Below, piece by piece: positions 19,243 through 28,879 of a DNA stretch of 64,000 bases. Origin of the DNA: an uncultured Candidatus Bathyarchaeia archaeon (GTDB taxonomy: Archaea > Thermoproteota > CALKCG01 > B24 > JAWCPE01). Numbering within the stretch: position 1 is the first letter of the stretch; every line of letters begins with the position of its first letter. Below the pieces are notes generated by a model. The model made no database searches. It saw nothing but the letters and a program-made list of their open reading frames with translations, and was not told the DNA's origin. The translations under genes were made by a program, and so were the position numbers. The stretch covers positions 22,090-86,089 of the forward strand of contig CAYRUY010000001.1 of NCBI GenBank assembly GCA_964427455.1, given 5' to 3'.

Positions 19243-20700
19243 CTAAGGCTTTCCGCCTCTTCTCATGAAGACGAACACAGCGGCGGCCCCGACGAAGGCT
19301 GCTGCAACCCCTACGTACAGCCACGGGATGTCCTGGCCCAACACAGGTTTCAACGCGAGGCCAGTGTATTCCATGCCGATGGACTGGGCTGCTGGGATGC
19401 AAGCTGCGAAGTCCGATATCCTGTTGAAGCTTGGCATCCTGTACCGTGTGCCGAAGTAAATCTCGGAGGGCGCGGCCCAGTTGACGACCTCTATGAGGAC
19501 GTTCTTGTCAGCCCAGACCTTGTGGAGACCGCCTTCGATTGGAAGGACACCGTCCTCGTGTAGCTTTAACTGCACATCATCCAAGGTAACAGTTGTGTCC
19601 GTGTAGGCGTACAGATAGGCTTCTCCCGCCGTGGCCTCACAGAGGGGGATGTGAAGTAGAGCTGTCTGGTCCGCCTTGAGTCCTGCAAAGCTGAGGCCGT
19701 TGTTGCCGTGCATCATGAGCATTATGGGCTTTGTGCTCTCTAGGGCTATGCTTGAAGCCTCGATCTGAACGGAGGTGTTCGACATGCTGGCCAATCCCGG
19801 TTCCCCATACTTCCTCGTGTACTCAAGGTCGTAGATCGTCAGATGAGAGTCTTCCAGACCCGTGGTCACGTAGGTCGGAGGCGAATAGCCCGGCCACCAG
19901 TCAACCGGGCATGCCGCACCATAGAAGATGCGTCCGACGAAGCTCCCGTCCGTTGAAGGGTAGAAGCACGTTCCGCCCGCCCATGCCTGAAGCATCACGT
20001 TCCCCGTGGAAACGAGCTTATACACGGCGAGCGGCGTGAACGATACCTCGCGGACCCTGTTCGCGGAGAGCCTGAACTCCAGACTCTTCGAGCCCTTCAC
20101 GTCGAACACCGTGACATCGGCATCTTCTAACGCGATCACCTTGAATGGGAGCCCCAGAGCATACGGCGGATTCTTCGCCTGCACCGCCTTGAAGAAGAAC
20201 TCCTTACCGACGTATCCTCCGCTTGAGGAGGTGAAGAAGGTGCTGCCGAAGGCTTGGCCCTGCTCCATAGCCCACCCGCCCATCAGGAGCACCGTCGCAG
20301 GCCTGTCAGAGACAACCTTGAAGAAGGAGCCGTTCGGCAGGGAGACCGTCGCCTCCTCAGATACGTCCAGCACAAAGTCTCCTACGAGCTCACCGCTCGG
20401 CAGCGAGTAGACCTTCACCCGCGTATCATCATGGTTCCCGACGACAACCACGAGGCTTCTATCCATAACGGTGCGGTTGTTAACCCTGAACTCACATGTA
20501 TCGTGGCCACACATCTTCGCCGCCTCAATGGCCCATATCTCGCGGGGCACAAAGCCATAGTAAGTGTAGCCTGCCTCTGTTGCCTTAGACTCAGCTCCAC
20601 CGGCCGACCCATGGACCGAAGAAGCGACGAGGAGGAGTGAGGCTGCGAGGACAGTTTCGAAGGCCCGGAACCTAGTCGGAGAAAGGCGAGGTCGGCTCAT
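19243..20700 (-). CDS. Predicted secreted, C-terminally membrane-anchored beta-rich protein (IgGFc-binding-like repeats possible)
   Basis: Signal-like N-terminus (VLAASLLLVASSVHG); repeated 'xxDTxVxVY / VxSDKPV'-like units; C-terminal TM helix followed by RRGGKP. Confidence 0.6.
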   Translation of the reverse strand: MSRPRLSPTRFRAFETVLAASLLLVASSVHGSAGGAESKATEAGYTYYGFVPREIWAIEAAKMCGHDTCEFRVNNRTVMDRSLVVVVGNHDDTRVKVYSLPSGELVGDFVLDVSEEATVSLPNGSFFKVVSDRPATVLLMGGWAMEQGQAFGSTFFTSSSGGYVGKEFFFKAVQAKNPPYALGLPFKVIALEDADVTVFDVKGSKSLEFRLSANRVREVSFTPLAVYKLVSTGNVMLQAWAGGTCFYPSTDGSFVGRIFYGAACPVDWWPGYSPPTYVTTGLEDSHLTIYDLEYTRKYGEPGLASMSNTSVQIEASSIALESTKPIMLMMHGNNGLSFAGLKADQTALLHIPLCEATAGEAYLYAYTDTTVTLDDVQLKLHEDGVLPIEGGLHKVWADKNVLIEVVNWAAPSEIYFGTRYRMPSFNRISDFAACIPAAQSIGMEYTGLALKPVLGQDIPWLYVGVAAAFVGAAAVFVFMRRGGKP

Positions 20701-20811
20701 GAGAAGAGTCTCCGATGAGGAGGTTTGTCTGCTTGGGGCTCTTAGCTTTTGCGATGAACAGTCGGATCGCATCTACGGCTACGTCTGAAGCTTAGACAGA
20801 CAACTCGTCGG

Positions 20812-21777
20812 CTAGAGCGGCAACGTGACAGGCCTACCGCGTTTAGCTGACTCTATGGCGGCGAGGCTTAGCTCCAGGGACTTGTAGCCTTCCTGTATCG
20901 GCACTGGGCTGCCTATGCCCTTTCGAAGCGCTTCGATGAACGCCTTGTCCTCTTCATCGTACGCGTTCGCCTTGTTGTAGTACGTCTCCGACCTGTCCTT
21001 CCAATAGACTGTGGCCTTTGACCAGTCGGCCTCGTACTTGACGTTCTTCGCGACCGCTTTGACCCACACCTCGGGAGCCACGGCTGCGTTCGTCGAGGAA
21101 ACGACGGCGAAGGCTCCGCTCTTGAGGCTCAAGGTTGCGATCGCCACGTCCTCGATGGCGAACTCAGGGATGTCTCTGTTCAGGAGCGTGCCAAGGACGC
21201 CGTAGACCTGTGACACGTCGCCTCCTAACCATCGAACCTGGTCGAAGATATGGGTTGCTTGCTCAACGATCTGCCCGCCGCTCTGCTCAGCTTTTATCCA
21301 CCAAGGAGCCATGTAGACCCCTCCCCACCACCGGGCTTCTATGAGACCTATCGGTCCTCCCATAGAGAGGAGGATCTCGCGCGCTCTTCTGATGCCTTCC
21401 ATGAACCGCCAGTGATAGCCTACCTGCGTAGTGACGCTTCTCCGCCTGAGGGCGTCCAGGATCTTTCTTGCACGACCTAGGTTGACCTCGAGGGGCTTCT
21501 CAACGAAGACATGGATGCCGCGTTCAACCGCGTAGCAGACTTGCTCCTGATGGAGGAAGGGCGGGGTCAACACGTAGACTGCGTCAGGGCTCTCCCTGTC
21601 GATCATCTCGCGATAGTCAACGTACCATGCCTTCGCGCCGCAACCCCTAGCTGCACTCTCAGCCCTCTCACGCAGGATGTCAGCCACGCCTACGACCTCG
21701 ACCCCCTCAGTGCTGGGAAGGACCTTCAGGTGAGTCGCCGCTATGCCCCCAGCCCCGATCACGGCTAGCTTGACCAT
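20812..21777 (-). CDS. Gfo/Idh/MocA family NAD(P)-dependent oxidoreductase
   Basis: IGAGGIA, HVFVEKP and GGQIVEQATHIFD motifs. Confidence 0.9.
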   Translation of the reverse strand: MVKLAVIGAGGIAATHLKVLPSTEGVEVVGVADILRERAESAARGCGAKAWYVDYREMIDRESPDAVYVLTPPFLHQEQVCYAVERGIHVFVEKPLEVNLGRARKILDALRRRSVTTQVGYHWRFMEGIRRAREILLSMGGPIGLIEARWWGGVYMAPWWIKAEQSGGQIVEQATHIFDQVRWLGGDVSQVYGVLGTLLNRDIPEFAIEDVAIATLSLKSGAFAVVSSTNAAVAPEVWVKAVAKNVKYEADWSKATVYWKDRSETYYNKANAYDEEDKAFIEALRKGIGSPVPIQEGYKSLELSLAAIESAKRGRPVTLPL

Positions 21778-21977
21778 ACGTCATCAAACCGGGGATGAAC
21801 GAGGCTTCGTATTTAAGCAAGGGCCACAGCCATAGGCGAGCCGCAAGCCCCGCGAGGCCACATCTGCCGAAGCAGCGTTAGATAGCGAACTCCCCCTCAT
21901 GCAGGGGGTGAGAGGGTGACCCTCCCCAGTTCGCGAACTCATACGCAGCAAGGCTCTCGGGCCAAGGAGAAAGCTCT

Positions 21978-22085
21978 CAATCAGAGCCGGTCCGCGCTAC
22001 CTTCCAGTTGAACCAGGGCTTTCCCTGCGCTCCTCTGGTGGCATGAAACCACCCTGAAGCATGATGAAAGGCGCTATGAAAGCAC
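21978..22085. repeat. Copy A of a dispersed 108-nt structured non-coding element (putative ncRNA or non-autonomous element)
   Basis: 85/108 ungapped identity (manual count) to 61648-61755; conserved hairpin GGTGG-CATGAAA-CCACC. Confidence 0.85.
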
Positions 22086-22137
22086 CAGTCGCCTTGATGA
22101 CAGGTGAACCTACCGAGGGCTGGACATCCGGCTCCCA

Positions 22138-22440
22138 CTAGCGCTCTAGTCCGAGAAGCTCTTCAACATACTTCTTGTGCGTCTGGACGGTTGTGAGCGG
22201 GTAGACTTCTCTCTGGCTTTGGAAGAACAAGGGGTCGCGGCCGATGATCGAGGAGAGCTCCTCGTCTGAGCTGACGCTGCATATGAGCATATGTCCCTGC
22301 TGCCCGATCAAGTGGTAGTACGCCTCAACCCTTCCCTGGGCTTGAAGCTCCTCATAATACCGAATCTGAGCCGGCAACAACACCGCTAAGTCCTTGACAG
22401 ATGTCTGAACTCGCACCCTCTGAATGACAAGAAACCTCAT
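22138..22440 (-). CDS. Muconolactone delta-isomerase-like small alpha/beta protein
   Basis: MRFLV...ELQAQGRVEAYYHLIGQQG...VSSDEEL...DPLF...EVYPL pattern. Confidence 0.65.
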   Translation of the reverse strand: MRFLVIQRVRVQTSVKDLAVLLPAQIRYYEELQAQGRVEAYYHLIGQQGHMLICSVSSDEELSSIIGRDPLFFQSQREVYPLTTVQTHKKYVEELLGLER

Positions 22441-22598
22441 CTCTTTCTTACCACCAACCAAGCATTCGACTAGCCTTATCTAGATTGCCGATGTTCCGCG
22501 CGGAGCCCGACGCCTGCCCAGCTCGTGGCGGAGTGTGAGAAGAGGTGCAGACCGCAAGAGTTATATAGATTTCTAACGGAGTACGAAGGTCAAAGCTA

Positions 22599-24521
22599 GT
22601 GATGAGTATGGGCGGCTCAAAGAGGTCTCTTGGTTTCTTTGCTTCTAGGCGTGCTATAACTCGCGCCCAGGCTGTGGGTATGGTTGCTGTGGTAGTTATT
22701 GCCGTTATTATTGGTGGGACGGCCTACTACCTGAGTATACCTCCACCAACCCCTACCAAGCCTCAGCCAACCATACCTAAGCTCCTAGTAATAGACCACA
22801 ACATGTATCCAATCACCTCTTTGAATCAGCTTCTAGACATACAGATGCTCCCCTGGCCTAACTATATGGCCTTCACCCACTTCCAGACATTGGTGAGTGT
22901 TAACCTGACGTCCTATTTCAAGGAGGGCAGGATAGAGTTCCTGCCATGCCTGGCCACTAGCTGGGAGATATCTGAGGATGGGAAGACCTACATCTTCCAC
23001 CTAAGGGAGGGCGTCAAATTCGATAATGGAGACCCATTCAACTCATACAACGTATGGGTCCAGTTCTACGGCTTCTACTGGCTGGCCAGTAACGGGAGCA
23101 ACTTCATGTACGGCCTAAGCCTATTCGACGTGAGAAATGTTGAGTATGGGCCTGCCACCGTAGAGATACTGAATAGGAGTGGACTGGCAAACCCGACAAC
23201 CGAGGCGCTAGCAATAATGGAGGATAAATCGTGGCCAATATACTGTGAGGGACCATACAAGATAGTATTCAGGCTTGCGGTTCCCTTCGCGAAGGAGTTC
23301 TTCTTCGGAATGCTGACCGGCCATCAAGGCCTGCTGTATGATGCGCAGTACCTCCTGGACCATGGAGGCTACGGTGAACCGGCAAACCTAAACCCATACT
23401 TCAATGAGCACGTGTTCCCAGGCACCGGACCATACAAGGTTGACGAAGTAGCTGTTAACTCATACGTGAAATTCTCGAAGAACCCGAACTACTGGGGGAA
23501 CCAGCTCAGCAAGGCGGAGATAAAGGCCAACGCTATGCTGGACCCAGGCCACGTAGACCAAGTGGTAGTGAATACGAAACTGGATGACTTCACGAGATAC
23601 ACAGACCTCGCAACCGGCCAGGCACATATGGCAGCTATATTGTCGGAGAACTGGAGGCTCGTCAAAGCAAACCTAAACTTTTCCTACGCCGCTTTTGAGA
23701 CGCCGGCCAGAAACATAGCAGTTGTCATGAATACCGTGATCTTTCCTACGAACATCACCAAGGTTAGGCTCGCAATAGCCCACGCGATAGATTATGACAG
23801 GATAATAGAGCAAGTCTACTTCGGTCAAGCCGTCCGCTACTTCGGTCCTAATACTCCGAACTACGGTACATTCTACAACCCAGGAAAGCTGCCACCCTAC
23901 CAGCGCGACCTAGACAAAGCAAGACGGTACCTAGAAGAAGCTGGGTTCCCCAACGGAAAAGGACTACCGTCGCTGGAGCTGAAAATAGGGTCAGGAGATA
24001 CTATCGGTATGCTTTTTGCTACTATAGTTCAGGAAAACCTCGGTGAGATAGGGATCGACGTAAAGATATTAAGCCTCCTGCCAGCTCTGATCAACGCTCC
24101 AGTAGGAAGCTATCAATTCAACTTAGAGCACGCTGAAGAGATCGGCCATTTGCGGTTGAACGGAGGGTATGCGCCCGATTTCCTGTCTCCGAGCAACTTC
24201 TGGTTGGCCTTCGTGTCCAACAGGTCACTATGGGGGAACACGGGGATATATTCCAGTCCGAAGGTCGAATGGGCCGTGGATAAGTTCAGCCAGACAGCGA
24301 ACACGGCAGAGATTATTGAAGCGCTAAAGATAGCTGAGGAGCAAATATGGAATGATGCGCCCATCGCATGGGTCTGTACTACTAAGCTCTGGATGACTGC
24401 CGGCTCCTACGTCTGGGACAATAGGATAGTGAAGTCCGTAGAGTTCGACCCCAACTGGACTGGAGTGACCGACTCGCCTCTGTTCAACACCGTTATCTTC
24501 GTCGGCGAAGAGAGCCCGTAA
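22599..24521 (+). CDS. Peptide/nickel-type (family 5) ABC transporter substrate-binding protein
   Basis: PCLATSWEISEDGKTYIFHLREGVKF, GTGPY and RLAIAHAID motifs; N-terminal RRA followed by a hydrophobic segment. Confidence 0.9.
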   Translation: MMSMGGSKRSLGFFASRRAITRAQAVGMVAVVVIAVIIGGTAYYLSIPPPTPTKPQPTIPKLLVIDHNMYPITSLNQLLDIQMLPWPNYMAFTHFQTLVSVNLTSYFKEGRIEFLPCLATSWEISEDGKTYIFHLREGVKFDNGDPFNSYNVWVQFYGFYWLASNGSNFMYGLSLFDVRNVEYGPATVEILNRSGLANPTTEALAIMEDKSWPIYCEGPYKIVFRLAVPFAKEFFFGMLTGHQGLLYDAQYLLDHGGYGEPANLNPYFNEHVFPGTGPYKVDEVAVNSYVKFSKNPNYWGNQLSKAEIKANAMLDPGHVDQVVVNTKLDDFTRYTDLATGQAHMAAILSENWRLVKANLNFSYAAFETPARNIAVVMNTVIFPTNITKVRLAIAHAIDYDRIIEQVYFGQAVRYFGPNTPNYGTFYNPGKLPPYQRDLDKARRYLEEAGFPNGKGLPSLELKIGSGDTIGMLFATIVQENLGEIGIDVKILSLLPALINAPVGSYQFNLEHAEEIGHLRLNGGYAPDFLSPSNFWLAFVSNRSLWGNTGIYSSPKVEWAVDKFSQTANTAEIIEALKIAEEQIWNDAPIAWVCTTKLWMTAGSYVWDNRIVKSVEFDPNWTGVTDSPLFNTVIFVGEESP

Positions 24522-24530
24522 AGGTGAAGG

Positions 24531-25547
24531 ATGAGCAGGTTATCCTATGTCGTCAGAAGAATGCTTCTGGCGATGTTTGTTCTTTTCGGCGTCGCCCTGA
24601 TAACTTTTACGCTGACCCATGCCATATCTGCCAATCCCGTAGTTGCCTTCCTAGGTAAAGCTGCGAGTATACATCCCGAAATTGCCCAAGCCTATATTGA
24701 ACGTTTTCACTTAAATGAACCCCTCTACATCCAATTCTGGTACTATATCGTAGGCGTTCTGCGGGGAGACTTGGGTTACTCGTGGACCAGAGGGGCGTAT
24801 GTCTCGAATGTAATTGCTCAGACTTTACCAAACACTCTACAGATAGTGTTTTTCGCGCTACTCATGACGCTAGCTCTAGGCATACCCCTGGGAATACTGT
24901 CCTGTCGGTATTACAATAGATCTCCAGATCACGGCATCCGTGCTTTCTACCTGGCTGGAATATGCTCGCCGGCGTTTTTTGTCGCCTTGGTTCTTCTCTT
25001 GCTCTTCTCCTACTTTTTACGCGTATTGCCTACGGGTGGTATAATCTCTGTTGAGGTAGCTAGGCCTCAACGTGTCACGGGTTTCATAATTCTCGATAGC
25101 CTTCTCGAGGGTAATTGGGCGGCGCTTGTAGATACGGTAAAGCACGTTCTGATGCCGAGCATGGCGCTGGCGTTAGGGAACTTTGGCTATCTGGTTAGAT
25201 TGCTCAGGTCATCGCTGCTCGAAGTCATGCAAACGAACTACGTCAGAACGGCTAGGGCTAAAGGCTTGAGTGAGCGAACCGTTTTCCTGAAACACGCTTT
25301 GAGGAATGCTCTGGTGCCGGTTGTGACGTTAGCCGCCCTGATGACAATGTGGCTAGTCGGGAGCGCGATCTTCGTCGAGAACATATTTGCGTATCCCGGC
25401 GTGGGGCACTATCTTGCCCAAGCATTGGGAAATCTTGACTACGCTGCTATATTAGGCATAACCCTAGTCTTCACAACCATGATTGTTCTCGTGAACCTTG
25501 TGGCGGATATACTCTACACCGTACTAAATCCGGCCATAGAGCTGTGA
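24531..25547 (+). CDS. ABC transporter permease (DppB/OppB-like)
   Basis: GDLGYS and EAA-like loop YVRTARAKGLSERTV..KHALRNA. Confidence 0.92.
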   Translation: MSRLSYVVRRMLLAMFVLFGVALITFTLTHAISANPVVAFLGKAASIHPEIAQAYIERFHLNEPLYIQFWYYIVGVLRGDLGYSWTRGAYVSNVIAQTLPNTLQIVFFALLMTLALGIPLGILSCRYYNRSPDHGIRAFYLAGICSPAFFVALVLLLLFSYFLRVLPTGGIISVEVARPQRVTGFIILDSLLEGNWAALVDTVKHVLMPSMALALGNFGYLVRLLRSSLLEVMQTNYVRTARAKGLSERTVFLKHALRNALVPVVTLAALMTMWLVGSAIFVENIFAYPGVGHYLAQALGNLDYAAILGITLVFTTMIVLVNLVADILYTVLNPAIEL

Positions 25548-26404
25548 TCAGAATGCGGAGGACAAAGATAAGTCGCTTCTTGAAACTATATACTTCAAAC
25601 GTATCGGCGTGTGTAGGTTTCTCCATAGCGGCTGGGTTCGTCATACTTGCGTTAGTGGTCGCGCTGGGCGGATATTGGGTATTGCCATATAATCCTCTAA
25701 AGCAAAATGTGGGACCTGCCTTCTCGCCCCCGAGTTGGGAGCACCCTTTTGGAACAGACCAGGTTGGCAGAGACCTATTCAGTCGCGTGCTATACGCAAC
25801 TCCGAATGCACTTTTCGTTAGTGCGGTAATAATAGGTTGGGCCATGATCATAGGAATGTTGTTGGGGTCTTTTTCAGCTTATCATGGTGGACGGGTAGAT
25901 GAGATATTGATGAGGGTGACAGATCTGTTCTTGGCCCTTCCCGGGCTCATCCTTGCTATAGCCATATCTGTGGCTTTGGGGCCGGGACTGAATAATATGA
26001 TGTACGCCTTGATGGTTGGGTGGTGGCCGGCTTATGCTAGGATGGCCAGAGGGGAAGCGTTGAGGATTTCGCGATACGACTTTATTGAGGCGGCCAGAGC
26101 GGCTGGACTTGGGAGTGGAAAGATAGTTCTTAACCATGTAATTCCAAATCTGGTGACGACAATCATGATCTACGCCACAGTCGACTTTGGGCAGGTCATA
26201 ATGGTATATGCGGGGCTCAGTTATCTAGGATTATCCGTGCAACCTCCAATGCCGGACTGGGGCGCTATGGTTAACTACTATCAGGGCTACGTTGTCTCCG
26301 CACCATGGTTACCGCTGTTTCCTGGACTTGTCATAGCCATCGTCGTTGTAGGATTCGGATTGTTAGGAGATGGGATCAGAGATGCCATTGAATCTCAAAC
26401 ATAA
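25544..26404 (+). CDS. ABC transporter permease (DppC/OppC-like)
   Basis: HPFGTDQVGRD, FIEAARAAG and LSYLGLSVQPP motifs. Confidence 0.92.
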   Translation: MIRMRRTKISRFLKLYTSNVSACVGFSIAAGFVILALVVALGGYWVLPYNPLKQNVGPAFSPPSWEHPFGTDQVGRDLFSRVLYATPNALFVSAVIIGWAMIIGMLLGSFSAYHGGRVDEILMRVTDLFLALPGLILAIAISVALGPGLNNMMYALMVGWWPAYARMARGEALRISRYDFIEAARAAGLGSGKIVLNHVIPNLVTTIMIYATVDFGQVIMVYAGLSYLGLSVQPPMPDWGAMVNYYQGYVVSAPWLPLFPGLVIAIVVVGFGLLGDGIRDAIESQT

Positions 26405-27494
26405 CGGGGCGACTGACGAAGGAGCTAAACCAAACAAAGATATTATAGTGGACGTTCAAGATCTGTCAGTCGTATATAAATCCAGGATGGGAGTAGTTAG
26501 AGCGCTCGACGCCGTGAGTCTATCTATAGAGAACAACAAGTTAGTTGCGGTAGTAGGGGAGAGTGGTTGTGGGAAGAGTACACTGGCTCTCTCAATTATA
26601 AGACTTCTTCCAATGCCGCCAGCAGAGTTTACTGGTGGAAAGATCATGTATAGGGGCGTCGACCTCTTGGACCTTGACGAAGACAACATGTTGAGCTATC
26701 GAGGCACGGAGATAGCGATGATCTTCCAAGAGCCGCTGAGTTCCCTAAACCCCGTCTATAGGATGGGCGATCAGGTAGCTGAGGCGATAGCCGTCAGGGA
26801 ATCTAGGGTGCAACCCTCCCTAAAGAAGGCTTACTTCTACGATAAGCCATCGATCAGCCCCCCTCCTCGGAGTAAGTTCACGTTAAACATCAAGAGGAGA
26901 AGTCTATTTTCCGAGTATGAAGATCGGGTCATAGAAGCGTTGAAGTTGGTCAGGATACCAGACCCCGAGCATGTGGTGCGTAGATACGCCTTCGAGTTGA
27001 GCGGAGGCATGAGGCAGAGAGTTATGATCGCTATGGCCCTATCCGAGAAGCCCTCCTTGCTCATAGCTGATGAGCCTACTTCAGCCATAGACGTGACGAC
27101 TCAAGCCCAGGTTCTGAAACTGATGAAGAATCTCATGGACGAGGTTAAGACTTCCATACTGCTAATAACCCATGATCTGGCTGTAGCGTCGCAGGTCGCA
27201 GATCAGATAGCGGTTATGTACGCTGGGGACGTAGTGGAATTCGCCGACGTCTACGAATTGTTCTCACATCCTCTACACCCATACACAAAAGGTCTAGTAG
27301 CATGTATACCTTCTGGATTCAAGGATGAAAGAACGTTGACTTCAATCCCCGGCGTGGTGCCAGATCTCAGAACTGTCTATAGCGGCTGCAAGTTTGCTCC
27401 TCGATGTTCGAGCGCCACGTCGATATGCCGTCAGAAAAAGCCTGGCCTCAGATACGTTTCTCCAACACACGTTCTGGCATGTGATCTAGCGTGA
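26370..27494 (+). CDS. ABC transporter ATP-binding protein (DppD-like)
   Basis: GESGCGKS, LSGGMRQR, DEPT, HPYT and C-terminal Cys cluster. Confidence 0.93.
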   Translation: MGSEMPLNLKHNGATDEGAKPNKDIIVDVQDLSVVYKSRMGVVRALDAVSLSIENNKLVAVVGESGCGKSTLALSIIRLLPMPPAEFTGGKIMYRGVDLLDLDEDNMLSYRGTEIAMIFQEPLSSLNPVYRMGDQVAEAIAVRESRVQPSLKKAYFYDKPSISPPPRSKFTLNIKRRSLFSEYEDRVIEALKLVRIPDPEHVVRRYAFELSGGMRQRVMIAMALSEKPSLLIADEPTSAIDVTTQAQVLKLMKNLMDEVKTSILLITHDLAVASQVADQIAVMYAGDVVEFADVYELFSHPLHPYTKGLVACIPSGFKDERTLTSIPGVVPDLRTVYSGCKFAPRCSSATSICRQKKPGLRYVSPTHVLACDLA

Positions 27495-28489
27495 CTGATA
27501 CGAAGTTGATCGAAGCAATCCACCTGTGCAAATACTTCCCAGTTAGGGGAGGTCTTGAGATTCCATTTGTATCGAAGCGAAGAAAATACATTCGAGCTGT
27601 GGATGATGTTTCTATCGACGTTCTTGAAGGTGAGACTTTGGCTGTGGTGGGTGAGAGTGGGTGTGGAAAGACAACGCTTGCGAGAAATATGATGCTGCTA
27701 GTTAGACCGACGTCGGGGATCATAAGATTTGAGGGGCGAGACATCACCGGTTTGAGAGGGGAAGAACTTAGAAGACTGAGGAGGAACATGCAGATAGTAT
27801 TCCAGGATCCCGAGTCCTCTCTAGACCCAAGGTATAGGGTCAGCGGGTTGGTTTCAGAGCCGCTTGTGGCGCTTACCGATCTAAGTAAACCTGAGATTGA
27901 AGAGAGGGTCGGCCATGTGTTGGAGGCCGTGGGTTTGGGGAAGGAATTCATGGATAGGCTTCCGAAGCAGTTGAGTGGAGGGCAGAAGCAGAGAGTCAGT
28001 ATAGCACGAGCTATGGCTCTCAATCCGAAACTCTTGGTATTAGATGAGCCGACGAGTGCTCTTGACGCCTCTATACAAGCCCAACTCCTAAATCTCCTGT
28101 TGGAGCTCCAAGCAGAGTTCAACCTGAGCTACATGCTCATAACTCATAACATCGCTGTCGCTCAGTACCTAGGGGACAGGGTGGCTGTGATGTACTGTGG
28201 TAAGATAGTTGAGTATGGGGGGATAAGGGAGGTCATAAAAGAGCCTCTACACCCCTACACGCAAGCGCTAGTAGCTTCAGCGCCCTTGCCGAATCCATGG
28301 GAACGCAATATCTTAAAGGTTGAGATAAAAGGGGAGGTCCCGAGCGCCATAAATCCGCCATCGGGCTGCCGATTCCATCCTAGATGCCCCCACGCTGAAG
28401 AGATATGCGCTAAGAAGCATCCGGAGTTAGAGGAGACTAAGAAAGGCCATTACGTAGCTTGCTATCGGCCGCTGAGACATGAAACGTAA
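27491..28489 (+). CDS. ABC transporter ATP-binding protein (DppF-like)
   Basis: GESGCGKT, LSGGQKQR, DEPT and GCRFHPRC motifs. Confidence 0.93.
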   Translation: MTDTKLIEAIHLCKYFPVRGGLEIPFVSKRRKYIRAVDDVSIDVLEGETLAVVGESGCGKTTLARNMMLLVRPTSGIIRFEGRDITGLRGEELRRLRRNMQIVFQDPESSLDPRYRVSGLVSEPLVALTDLSKPEIEERVGHVLEAVGLGKEFMDRLPKQLSGGQKQRVSIARAMALNPKLLVLDEPTSALDASIQAQLLNLLLELQAEFNLSYMLITHNIAVAQYLGDRVAVMYCGKIVEYGGIREVIKEPLHPYTQALVASAPLPNPWERNILKVEIKGEVPSAINPPSGCRFHPRCPHAEEICAKKHPELEETKKGHYVACYRPLRHET

Positions 28490-28667
28490 AGCCACAGAGG
28501 CCTGATAATAACCAGAGGCAAAACCAGCATGCAGACAACGGCACGGGTGAATCATTGACAATGCCTCAGCGTGCACGCTCCGAAGGACAAGACGTGGCGG
28601 ATCACGGAGACAGCACCTACGAACTTGGCTGCTGGACCACGCGGGTTCCGATGGCGACCATGGACTT

Positions 28668-28783
28668 TGGCGCCGGGAGTGGGATTTGAACCCACGCGGG
28701 CGGTTACGCCCAATGGCTTGCTGGTCTGGTCCCTTGCCCCTTGTGATCTCGAGGCCATCGCCATGCCGCTAGGCGATCCCGGC
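28668..28783 (-). tRNA. tRNA-Ser(CGA) with a 29-nt intron at 37/38 (28719-28747); CCA encoded
   Basis: Acceptor GCCGGGA/TCCCGGC, G73, anticodon stem ATGGC/GCCAT, long variable arm, GGTTCAAATCC T-arm and BHB at intron ends. Confidence 0.93.
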
Positions 28784-28879
28784 ACCAACAGATAACGCAA
28801 GGGAACATCCGGTTAAAGGTTTTCACGAAACGCTTAAGAGGGCTATGGACAAGTTAGCGCTCCGCAGGAGTCCACGGTC

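Noticed and set aside
21978..22085. Protein-coding explanation for the A/B repeat (frame QSEPVRA..LNQG..APLVA shows some synonymous changes; TGA as selenocysteine)
   Set aside because: Several in-frame stops follow in both copies, no shared start or upstream homology exists, and several changes are explained by base-pair compensation.
22061..22120. C/D box sRNA (ATGATGA ... TTGATGA)
   Set aside because: No correctly spaced CTGA D or D' boxes, and the C-like boxes are absent from copy B.
21997..22140. Open frame continuing past the TAG of the muconolactone-isomerase-like gene (pyrrolysine read-through)
   Set aside because: The extension is not conserved in copy B, no pyl genes are in the window, and short open frames are expected in GC-rich DNA.
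22520..22545. Possible att duplication of the tRNA-Ser 3' end (TGGCGGAGTG)
   Set aside because: Only a few matching bases; not significant.
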